A DNA stretch of 64,000 nucleotides from Laetmonice hystrix (taxonomy: Eukaryota). This document shows positions 1 to 12,700 of this stretch, piece after piece. The stretch's first letter is position 1. Each line of letters opens with the position of its first letter. The translations under genes were made by a program, and so were the position numbers. The notes under the pieces are model-generated. The model was not told the origin of the DNA, ran no database searches, and saw only the letters and a program-made list of their open reading frames with translations. The stretch is from the NCBI GenBank assembly GCA_965235115.1, contig OZ249441.1, forward strand, positions 1,860,001 to 1,924,000, read 5' to 3'.

Positions 1-63
1 CCATTTTTTTATCTTCACATCTGTCTATCGGCAGCGCTATAAGATTAATATGATCATGGATAG

Positions 64-592
64 GCACATTACTTACGAACAGAGCTGCACCTCTAAGCTC
101 TACACTTTCCTTACGAACAGAGCTGCACCTCCAAGGTCTACACTTTACTTACGAACAGAGGTGCACCTCCAAGGTCTACACTTTACTTACGAACAGAGCT
201 GCACCTCCAAGGTCTGCACTTTACTTACGAACAGAGCTGCACCTCCAAGGTCTACACTTTACTTACGAACAGAGCTGCACCTCCAAGGTCTACACTTTAC
301 TTACGAACAGAGCTGCACCTCCAAGGTCTACACTTTACTTACGAACAGAGCTGCACTTCCAAGGTCTGCACTTTACTTACGAACAGAGCTGCACCTCCAA
401 GGTCTACACTTTACTTACGAACAGAGTTGCACCTCCAAGGTCTACACTTTACGAACAGAGCTGCACCTCCAAGGTCTGCACTTTACTTACGAACAGAGCT
501 GCACCTCTAAGGTCTGCACTTTACGAACAGAGCTGCACCTCCAAGGTCTGCACTTTACGAACAGAGCTGCACCTCCCAAGGTCTGCACTTCA
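64..592. repeat. Minisatellite, ~38-bp unit (cactttacttacgaacagagctgcacctccaaggtcta), ~14 copies
   Basis: Direct tandem copies; some units are 34 bp. Confidence 0.9.
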
Positions 593-1935
593 TTTTCCAT
601 CCGAGCAACTCTACCCGTCATGCTGATTTCACTTTCCAATTCAACCCCCAATTGAGAGATCGGCATTGGTGAATAGATTCAACATATCGAAGGCCTCCAG
701 TCCTACTTCAACAAGACATCGCTCTTACCCAAACCACCACGCTTTCTGTCCGCCTTCAACCCATCAACAGAATGTGTTTACCATGCCAAGAGCGTTCTTC
801 GATACAGATACACGATTAGCCATCAACAGTCTCAGATTCCCTTGGGTTTTAGTACCGGTGAAAGCAGCACATATTTCTATCAATGGTCGGATAATATTGA
901 AGTCAAATAGGAAGGGATATGCGATACATTTTGGGAACCCTCCTGTCGCTTCCGCGAGATCTGGTGAATATTTGTGTCGTTATGTGTGAACTCCTCAACC
1001 TGGCAGTCCTAATGACAAACATGTCGGCTCTGAAGAGGTGTGAATGAAAAACAGAGAAGGGCCTCAAGGGTGAAAGCGTATATCTTTCCTTTCGCGAGAA
1101 ACATGTTATTGCTATTTCCAATATTGATTTCTTTATACACGAGATATGATGAAGCCCTTTCGTCTCTGGGTCATTACAGTAGGCCTACTAGGCTAATAAT
1201 TTCTGTACGTTTGGTAGCATTAACTTATATATCTTGTTCCTCGTGATGGCGGATTCGGCCCCTTGCCCACACATATACCATGCACCTAATGTTGCTACAC
1301 TAACATACATTTATAATTTAGGTCTAATGCAATGTCCGCAATCGCATATACATGTATCCGGGATCGTCTGAGAATTTTGTAATCATGCCCGTCTAACGGC
1401 ATGCTTGTTAAAACTCGACCCGATGCCGGACGATCCGCGACATGCTGACAACGATCAATGAGTGGAATTATAGGCCTGCTGCAAAACGGTATTCTTATCG
1501 AGGTCGGCCTATCTAAAGAACTCTCGACGCGCGCCGACACCGGCAGCGTTTGTCTCTGACGTACGCCTGCAACCGATAATCTCACAGCGACCCCATGCGG
1601 ACCCTGGCCACACCACGCCAGTTCCCGGACACAAGCAGACACGTCCCGGCCTTTAATGTTAAATGGGATGAAGGTGGAGCCTTGGGACGGTCTCCACACG
1701 TCAATGTGGACGAGTCGATGTATTACTTGCAGGAACGAGTGAAGTGCCGTGAAGGCTCTCTGCTGAGGACGACCCTCATTTCTTAATGTTACCCTCCTGA
1801 ATGAGGAACCTTCATCTAGAGCGACGTGCTGACAGTAGTCGGTGCACATCTATCATCATATATAGTGGCCGTTACGAAGATTACACATTACGGAGGGATT
1901 TCTTTCTGTTGTTTTTTCTGCTTTCAAAGGTTCAA

Positions 1936-2062
1936 ACCAAACATACACAACCAAACATACACAACCAAACATACACAACCAAACATACACAACCCTCCAC
2001 CAAACATACACAACCAAACATACACAAACCTCCACCAAACATACACAACCAAACATACACAA
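1936..2062. repeat. 14-bp tandem repeat (caaccaaacataca)
   Basis: Direct inspection. Confidence 0.85.
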
Positions 2063-2462
2063 CCCCCCTTGGCGCAAACCTGAAACGCCCCCGATATTAA
2101 CAGTTTCCCTTCAACGTTCACCCCCCCCCCCCCCCCCCATCTCTGCGGCCACATTCAGGGCGGATTGTGGGGGTTGTGATGTGCATGTCTGTGCCAGCCA
2201 ATACACACGTGTATCCACGGATACAGTCCTACCTACGTACAATACGTTCACAGGTGTAGACCTAAATACATGTACACGTACTTATATAAAAAAAAAAGGG
2301 GGGGGGGACGAACCCGACGAAAGTAAAGCTACGACCTAAAAGACGATAATATTCATTAATACTATTAAATTTCCCGTGTTCCTCGGCCTCCCGTCTGTAA
2401 CGCCGCACGCGCCAGACGTGGGCCTATCCTTACCATTTATAATTGTAGCGTACATGAATAAG

Positions 2463-2615
2463 CAGGGGCGTAGACAAGTGGTAAATTCTGGGGGGGGGGG
2501 GCTGAAGAGTGTGCTAGAAACAACCTGGGGCACAAAGGTTATAGGTTATTATAGGCCACCCTTAACAATCTGGGAGCCCCCAAGCCCCCCCCCCCCCCCC
2601 TTGTCTACGCCCCTG
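2463..2615. mobile_element. MITE with perfect 16-bp TIRs and 5-bp TSD
   Basis: CAGGGGCGTAGACAAG ... CTTGTCTACGCCCCTG, flanked on both sides by ATAAG. Confidence 0.75.
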
Positions 2616-3204
2616 ATAAGGCCTAATTAGTGGATACTGCCTGAATGTTCTGAAATTGTCTGGACTGTACACCTGTGGATTTATAGACCTACATGGAAAT
2701 TGGGCAGCGTCCCACATTACCTCGGCCCCCGGAACGCCAATCCTCAATGTCCCCGAGGTACCAAGTTCTATAATATATAGAGTGCTTCATTGCAGTCCAG
2801 GTCTAACATTACTGACGCTTGCGTTAATCCGCTATGTCTGGCTCTGCCGTGTATCAGCCATATGGCCCGACATATTCAGACACCATACTGCCGACTTCAC
2901 TACGCTATGGTTGGGTGTAATTACTAACGTCAGTGGCAGTGGCTACAGCCCCCCCCCCCCCCCCCTCTTAGCCTCTCTTTAAAATCTTCCTAGATCTGCT
3001 CCTGGGCATATAAACCAAGATGGCCACAAAGTTTAATAATACAAAATGTAAACAAAAAACTTTCTCTTCTGGGGAAAAATCCTCTTGCCTATTGAGTTTA
3101 TTTACAAGTGAAACATGCAAAATGTTGTCTCTTTATGAAAAAACCTTAAAACCTTAACGTGTAAGATATTTCTCAAAATATCTGAGCTGGTCTCTGTCCC
3201 TGTC

Positions 3205-3782
3205 AGTCAGTCCACTTCCCGATCCGTCTGTCCGTCACTGTCCATCAGTCTGTCGCTCCACTTCCCGATCCGTCTGTCCGTCACTGTCACCGATCCGTCT
3301 GTCCGTCACTCCGTCCCTGTCCATCAGTCTGTCGCTCCACTTCCCGATCCGTCTGTCCGTCACTCCGTCCCTGTCCATCAGTCTGTCGCTCCACTTCCCG
3401 ATCTGTCTGTCCGTCACTCCGTCCCTGTCACCGATCCGTCTGTCCGTCACTCCGTCCCTGTCCATCAGTCTGTCGCTCCACTTCCCGATCCGTCTGTCCG
3501 TCACTCCGTCCCTGTCCATCAGTCTGTCGCTCCACTTCCCGATCTGTCTGTCCGTCACTCCGTCCCTGTCCATCAGTCTGTCGCTCCACTTCCCGATCCA
3601 TCTGTCCGTCACAGCTCCATTCCTGTCCATCAGTCTGTCGCTCCACTACCCGATCCGTCTGTCTGTCACTCCGTCCCTGTCCATCAGTCTGTCGCTCCAC
3701 TTCCCGATCCATCTGTCCGTCACGGCTCCATCCCTGTCCATCAGTCTGTCGCTCCACTACCCGATCCGTCTGTCCGTCGCTC
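3205..3782. repeat. ~54-bp minisatellite overlapping the RPF2 C-terminus and 3' UTR, ~10 copies
   Basis: Unit (minus) gtgacggacagacggatcgggaagtggagcgacagactgatggacagggacgga. Confidence 0.9.
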
Positions 3783-6700
3783 CGACTCAGCCTCGTCGTC
3801 CCCGCTGGTGTCGTTTCGCGGCCTCTTGCCCCCAAGTGCCGCCTTCTCGCTCGCACTTCGTTTGAGACCTTTCATTTTGCGCGTTTGTAGTTTGCCGAGA
3901 TCCTGTTTCTCCATATGTATACGGCCATGTTTCGTACCAAACGAGTCCCGCGACACGTTCTTCTTCTTACCGACCTGCAGGATAATAAATCAATCTTGTC
4001 ATTAATATCTGTTATAATTTATACTCAATCATGACATCACAATCTCCCTGTTCACCCCCATCTACCTGAAACATGTCCCAGATACCGACCTGCAGGATAA
4101 TAAATCAATCTTGTCATTAATATCTAATGTTATAATTTATACTCAATCATGACATCACAATCTCCCTGTTCACCCCCATCTACCTGAAACATGTCCCAGA
4201 TACCGACCTGCAGGATAATAAATCAATCTTGTCATTAATATCTAATGTTATAATTTATACTCAATCATGACATCACAATCTCCCTGTTCACCCCCATCTA
4301 CCTGAAACATGTCCCAGATACCAACCTGCAGGATAATAAATCAATCTTGTCAGTAATATCTAATGTTATAATTTATACTCAATCATGACATCACAATCTC
4401 CCTGTTCAACCCCATCTACCTGAAACATGTCCCAGATACCGACCTGCAGGATAATAAATCAATCTTGTCAGTAATATCTAATGTTATAATTTATACTCAA
4501 TCATGACATCACAATCTCCCTGTTCAACCCCATCTACCTGAAACATGTCCCAGATACCGACCTGCAGGATAATAAATCAATCTTGTCATTAATAGCTAAT
4601 GTTATAATTTATACTCAATCATGACATCACAATCGCCCTGTTCACCCCCATCCACCTGAAACATGTCCCAGATCGTTTCCCACCCACCTTGGCTGCCTTG
4701 GGAACCTTGCGAGCCTTCTTGTACAGGTCATCTGAGGCTATCCTCGCCCGGCGGACAACCAGGTCTAACGATGGACCCATCTCCGTCAACTCTATCCGCG
4801 GAATCCTCGAGCCTGACTTCTTCATCTGGATACTGACATATGGCAACACTGGGTGTTACAAATATAATGTCTCTTGTGTACGCATCCCTATATCAAACAT
4901 ACACAGCGGCTTGGGCCGAGTCTACCAGATGCTTTGTTAAAGATACCGGGAATAATGTTATGTCAAAATAACAGTTGCCTTTTATAAAACACCCTGTAGA
5001 TCCCGTGGTGAAGGACTCACGTGTAGTTCCTGATGTAAACTTTGCCTTCAGCAGCAGTAAACAGCATGATGTGTTCCAGTCCTTGTAATCGGAGCTGAGA
5101 GATCACCGACCCACGGAAGAAATCTGTGCAATATCATCCATAAATACACTCAACTCTTCACACCAGGACATATATAAGTATGGCCATACTCAATGTCATA
5201 TACACGTAAACAAATTCTAAGGTGAACCTCTCTGTGAATCTCATGCAACAATACCCACAACTTCAACAAAACTTTTCCATTCACAGCAGTAGGTATGTGT
5301 ACACATACATACAATACAACACCGGTGTTCGGGAAATGCAAACGTTGCACACTATAATGTCTCTCACCTATAAATAGATTTTTAAGTCTCCTGTGCTCGT
5401 GGTCCTGGTCGAACGGTTCGCCTGCAAACACCAGGCATGGTTTGGTGGCCAGGGCACACTTGGGTGTCTGTAACATAAGATTTGTTGTAATCACCCAGAC
5501 GAGAACCCTGGCTCCGGCAGGCGGGCGGGCAGTCAGTAGGCTTTTTCTGGTGACCAACTCCGACTTTAATATACTCTATCAACCCCATCCTTCAGTAAGG
5601 AAGATCTTCCTTGGCTAAGTGTAAGCCGGGCTGAGGTGTAGACTTTAATATACTCTATCAACCACATCCTTCAGTAAGAAAGATCTTCCTTGGCTAAGTG
5701 TAAGTCGGGCTGAGGTGTAGACTTTAATATACTCTATCAACCACATCCTTCAGTAAGGAAGATCTTCCTTGGCTAAGTGTAAGCCGGGATGAGGTGTAGA
5801 CTTTAATATACTCTATCAACCCCATCCTTCAGTAAGAATGATCTTCCTTGGCTAAGTGTAAGCCGGGCTGAGGTGTAGACTTTAATATACTCTATCAACC
5901 CCATCCTTCAGTAAGAAAGATCTTCCTTGGCTAAGTGTAAGCCGGGCTGAGGTGTAGACTTTAATATACTCTATCAACCAGATCCTTCAGTAAGGAAGAT
6001 CTTCCTTGGCTAAGTGTAAGCCGGCCTGAGGTGTAGACTTTAATATACTCTATCAACCACATCCTTCAGTAAGGAAGATCTTCCTTGGCTAAGTGTAAGC
6101 CGGGCTGAGGTGTAGACTTTAATATACTCTATCAACCACATCCTTCAGTAAGGAAGATCTTCCTTGGCTAAGTGTAAGCCGGGCTGAGGTGTAGACTTTA
6201 ATATACTCTATCAACCCCATCCTTCAGTAAGGAAGATCTTCCTTGGCTTAGTGTAAGCCGGGCTGAGGTGTAGATACTCTATCAACCACATCCTTCAGTA
6301 AGGAAGATCTTCCTTGGCTAAGTGTAAGCCGGGCTGAGGTGTAGACTTTAATATACTCTATCAACCACATCCTTCAGTAAGGAAGATCTTCCTTGGCTAA
6401 GTGTAAGCCGGGCTGAGGTGTAGACTTTAATATACTCTATCAACCCCATCCTTCAGTAAGGAAGATCTTCCTTGGCTTAGTGGAAGCCGGGCTGAGGTGT
6501 AGATACTCTATCAACCACATCCTTCAGTAAGGAAGATCTTCCTTGGCTAAGTGGAAGCCGGGCTGAGGTGTAGACTTTAATATACTCTATCAACCACATC
6601 CTTCAGTAAGAAAGATCTTCCTTGGCTAAGTGTAAGCCGGGCTGAGGTGTAGACTTTAATATACTCTATCAACCACATCCTTCAGTAAGAAAGATCTTCC

Positions 6701-9700
6701 TTGGCTAAGTGTAAGCCGGGCTGAGGTGTAGACTTTAATATACTCTATCAACCACATCCTTCAGTAAGAAAGATCTTCCTTGGCTAAGTGTAAGCCGGCC
6801 TGAGGTGTAGACTTTAATATACTCTATCAACCCCATCCTTCAGTAAGGAAGATCTTCCTTGGCTAAGTGTAAGCCGGCCTGAGGTGTAGACTTTAATATA
6901 CTCTATCAACCACATCCTTCAGTAAGGAAGATCTTCCTTGGCTAAGTGTAAGCCGGGCTGAGGTGTAGACTTTAATATACTCTATCAACCCCATCCTTCA
7001 GTAAGGAAGCTCTTTCTTGGCTAAGTGTAAGCCGGGCTGAGGTGTAGACTTTAATATACTCTATCAACCCCATCCTTCAGTAAGAAAGATCTTCCTTGGC
7101 TAAGTGTAAGCCGGGCTGAGGTGTAGACTTTAATATACTCTATCAACAGAAGGGAGGTGGGGTTTTCTTATACCGTTGACACACCGTGCTCCAATGCGCT
7201 TCAAATCGCATTGATACGGTTCGGGACACACCCAACACGGTTCCCAATGCATTGAATCGCATTGTACCCAAACCACATCCATATTTAATGCGCCTTAAAG
7301 CGCATTGAAAAAAAAACGTTTGTGGTGTGTCAACAGCTTAATGGTGTTTCAACTTCACATATATGTGTAATATGTATATGACATGAAACACCTGCAGTAT
7401 TGAATGAAATCAAAAATACCGAACTAAGAAATGCTCCATGGAATCCCGGAAATTAATCAATGAGTCTATTAATGGCCTTTACTGAGAATGTCATCCGCAA
7501 TCGTTCTCAGTAGATATATTGAAATCTCACTGACCCTCACAGTGTGCAACTAGTGCCATCTGGCGTCAGATAATATCAGTATTCATTTACTTCCATCACT
7601 GCACAGTATGCAACAGCTACAAATACCTGGTTAATACTTACATAACATGTATGATATATACATAATGACATTATCTCTCATCTGTCGCTATTTACAATGC
7701 CACTCCATATCAGGAAGTGTACCTATTTACTGCCGCCCCCTAGGGTCCAGTAATCAATGTTGTCAGTCTGTCTGACCTTGTATAGGAACCTTCTGTCACT
7801 GAATCACTGCATTCATGATGGCAGCAATTTAACATGGCACAACACATGGAAAACAACGCCACATCATGTAACGGTGACCATGGTACACACGGCACAACAC
7901 ATGGAAAACAACGCCACATCATGTAACGGTGACCATAGTACACACGGCACAACAGATGGAAAACAACGCCTCATCATGTAACGGTGACCATGGCAAACAC
8001 GGCACAACACATGGAAAACAACGCCACATCATGTAACTGTGACCATGGTACACACGGCACAACACATGGAAAACAACGCCACATCATGTAACGGTGACCA
8101 TAGTACACACGGCACAACACATGGAAAACAACAGCCACATCATGTAACGGTGACCATAGTACACACGGCACAACAGATGGAAAACAACGCCACATCATGT
8201 AACGGTGACCATAGTACACACGGCACAACAGATGGAAAACAACGCCACATCATGTAACGGTGACCATAGTACACACGGCACAACAGATGGAAAACAATGC
8301 CACATCATGTAACGGTGACCATAGTACACACGGCACAACAGATGGAAAACAACGCCACATCATGTAACGGTGACCATAGTACACACGGCACAACAGATGG
8401 AAAACAATGCCACATCATGTAACGGTGACCATAGTACACACGGCACAACACATGGAAAACAACGCCACATCATGTAACGGTGACCATAGTACACACGGCA
8501 CAACACATGGAAAACAACGCCACATCATACACACACCCTCACACCCACCACACACCCTCACCCCTACCACACACCCTCCCCCACCACACACCCTCACTCC
8601 ACCACACACCCTCACCCCCACCACACACCCTCACCCCCACCACACACCCTCACCCCCACCACACACCCTCACCCCCACCACACACCCTCACCCCACCACA
8701 CACCCTCACCCCTACCACACACCCTCACCCCCACCACACACCCTCACCCCCACCACACACCCTCACCCCACCACACACCCTCCCCCACCACACACCCTCA
8801 CCCCTACCACACACCCTCCCCCACCACACACCCTCCCCCACCACACACCCTCACCCCACCACACACCCTCACCCCACCACACACCCTCACCCCCACCACA
8901 CACCCTCACCCCACCACACACCCTCACCCACCCTCACCCCACCACACACCCTCACCCCACCACACACCCTCCCCCACCACACACCCTCACCCCACCACAC
9001 ACCCTCACCCCACCACACACCCTCCCCCACCACACACCCTCCCCCACCACACACCCTCCCCCCTACCACACACCCTCCCCCACCACACACCCTCCCCCAC
9101 CACACACCCTCACCCCCACCACACACCCTCACCCCCACCACACACCCTCACCCCACCACACACCCTCCCCCACCACACACCCTCACCCCATCACACACCC
9201 TCACCCCACCACACACCCTCACCCCCACCACACACCCTCACCCCACCACACACCCTCACCCCACCACACAGCCTCCCCCACCACACACCCTCACCCCCAC
9301 CACACACCCTCACCCCACCACACACCCTCACCCCACCACACACCCTCCCCCACCACACACCCTCACCCCCACCACACACCCTCACCCCACCACACACCCT
9401 CACCCCCACCACACACCCTCACCCCACCACACACCCTCACCCCACCACACACCCTCCCCCACCACACACCCTCACCCCCACCACACACCCTCACCCCACC
9501 ACACACCCTCACCCCACCACACACCCTCCCCCACCACACACCCTCACCCCCACCACACACCCTCACCCCACCACACACCCTCACCCCACCACACACCCTC
9601 CCCCACCACACACCCTCCCCCCACCACACACCCTCCCCCACCACACACCCTCACCCCTACCACACACCCTCCCCCACCACACACCCTCCCCCACCACACA

Positions 9701-12700
9701 CCCTCACCCCCACCACACACCCTCACCCCCACCACACACCCTCACCCCACCACACACCCTCCCCCACCACACACCCTCACCCCATCACACACCCTCACCC
9801 CCACCACACACCCTCACCCCACCACACACCCTCACCCCATCACACACCCTCACCCCACCACACACCCTCACCCCACCACACACCCTCCCCCACCACACAC
9901 CCTCACCCCATCACACACCCTCACCCCACCACACACCCTCACCCCACCACACACCCTCCCCCACCACACACCCTCCCCCCACCACACACCCTCCCCCCAC
10001 CACACACCCTCACCCCTACCACACACCCTCCCCCACCACACACCCTCACCCCCACCACACACCCTCACCCCCACCACACACCCTCACCCCCACCACACAC
10101 CCTCACCCCACCACACACCCTCCCCCACCACACACCCTCACCCCACCACACACCCTCCCCCACCACACACCCTCACCCCTACCACACACCCTCCCCCACC
10201 ACACACCCTCCCCCACCACACACCCTCACCCCACCACACACCCTCACCCCACCACACACCCTCACCCCCACCACACACCCTCACCCCACCACACACCCTC
10301 ACCCACCCTCACCCCACCACACACCCTCACCCCACCACACACCCTCCCCCACCACACACCCTCACCCCACCACACACCCTCACCCCACCACACACCCTCC
10401 CCCACCACACACCCTCCCCCCACCACACACCCTCCCCCCTACCACACACCCTCCCCCACCACACACCCTCCCCCACCACACACCCTCACCCCCACCACAC
10501 ACCCTCACCCCCACCACACACCCTCACCCCACCACACACCCTCCCCCACCACACACCCTCACCCCATCACACACCCTCACCCCACCACACACCCTCACCC
10601 CACCACACACCCTCACCCCACCACACACCCTCACCCCACCACACACCCTCCCCCACCACACACCCTCACCCCCACCACACACCCTCACCCCACCACACAC
10701 CCTCACCCCACCACACACCCTCCCCCACCACACACCCTCACCCCCACCACACACCCTCACCCCACCACACACCCTCACCCCACCACACACCCTCACCCCA
10801 CCACACACCCTCCCCCACCACACACCCTCACCCCTACCACACACCCTCCCCCACCACACACCCTCCCCCACCACACACCCTCACCCCCACCACACACCCT
10901 CACCCCCACCACACACCCTCACCCCACCACACACCCTCCCCCACCACACACACTCACCCCATCACACACCCTCACCCCCATCACACACCCTCACCCCACC
11001 ACACACCCTCACCCCACCACACACCCTCCCCCACCACACACCCTCCCCCACCACACACCCTCACCCCCACCACACACCCTCACCCCCACCACACACCCTC
11101 ACCCCACCACACACCCTCCCCCACCACACACACTCACCCCATCACACACCCTCACCCCCATCACACACCCTCACCCCCACCACACACCCTCACCCCACCA
11201 CACACCCTCCCCCACCACACACACTCACCCCATCACACACCCTCACCCCCATCACACACCCTCACCCCCACCACACACCCTCACCCTACACCAACGCAAT
11301 CGTTAACCAAACATTTTAAGGACAACACAAACGATGAGGACAATAGGTTAACCTTGGGTGTCGACCCTGGGCCCTCGGCAATAATAGATCTACTGTAATC
11401 ACTGTCCACTGACAGTTGGAGCCCACATTTACTCCCTTCACCAGTATCAATGCAAGTTAAACATGGCCACGTACCTTCACAGCCAACAAAGATTAATCAA
11501 ATATACAAGTATATTTGATTAATCTTTGTTGGCTGTGAAGGTGTTGAGCACAGGAAAATGCTGAATGTTACTGGTTTCTCCAGTACTATGAAATCAAGAT
11601 TACCTACACTAAAACATCAGTTTAATCGTGAGTGAGATTCTATAGATCTACTGCAATGTTAACCTCCTAATGTCTACCGTTTATTATCCTCAAGATCTGA
11701 TCACTACTGGATGACTCGGTTGTTCCCAAGACATCCACTAGATGGCTCTGTCGTCGACTGCAATTTTCTGCTAACGCACGAGGCGTCACCTGGTGTTAAT
11801 GTCCTGAACTACACTTCCCATGTACACTGGAACACACTAAGAATGCAGGGACTGGGTCTGTAAACTTGAATAAATAGGATACTTTTACCATATGGAAACT
11901 ATTTTTAACACCTACCTTAAAATCTGCCATGCATTTGTGCGTTTCGATTCCCAGCTCAATCATGTCGAGTACATTACCACTGAAGAGTCTACCTGTTTGA
12001 CAGGATAAAAGGATATGAGTAAGCAAACTGTAAGCATTACAATGAACTTATAGTAAACACTATGTTAGATTTATTGAAATATGGCGAGTAACACTGCAAT
12101 AAATGATATTATTACCATTACATGTACAGTAAAACCAAGGGTACAAATTGATTACAATAAATACAGGTCACATATCATCAAGGGAAACTTCTATTATTAA
12201 GGGGTTACGAGAGCCCAAGGTCATATCATCAAGGGATACTTCTATTATCCCGGGGTTACGAGAGCCCAAGGTCATATATCATCAAGGGATACTTCTATTA
12301 TCAAGGGGTTACGAGAGCCCACGGTCATATTTTACCATCATTATGGTGGAAAGACGATTGACACCAATTTGTACGATCTGGAAGGTTTTTAAAAAGTAAA
12401 ACTTACCTATAACTAAGTTGTGAGGCCTCTTTTTGGAATGGGAGCCAAACATGAATAGGGAGGCATCATACTTTTTTGAAAAGTACTCCTGTAAACAAAA
12501 TAAGAATGTTTTATCACATTGAGAAAATCATCGATCATAATAACTTACTTTCTTCACTTAGTTCAAGGCTGCAGTTTCCCTGACCAGTTTCAAATTGAGG
12601 AAAACATGCTCCACCATTAGGTACACACAGAATTTGAGAGAACAACTATATCCTTGAAGAAAGTATGACCTACAATACAACATTATTTGGAGCCAGATTG

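Noticed and set aside
50-655. 201-aa ORF at the window start
   Set aside because: Translation of a 38-bp minisatellite.
8407-11398. Two ~970-aa Pro/His/Thr-rich ORFs (extensin- or mucin-like)
   Set aside because: They are translations of a C/A minisatellite that lacks stops in several frames and lies antisense within an RPF2 intron.
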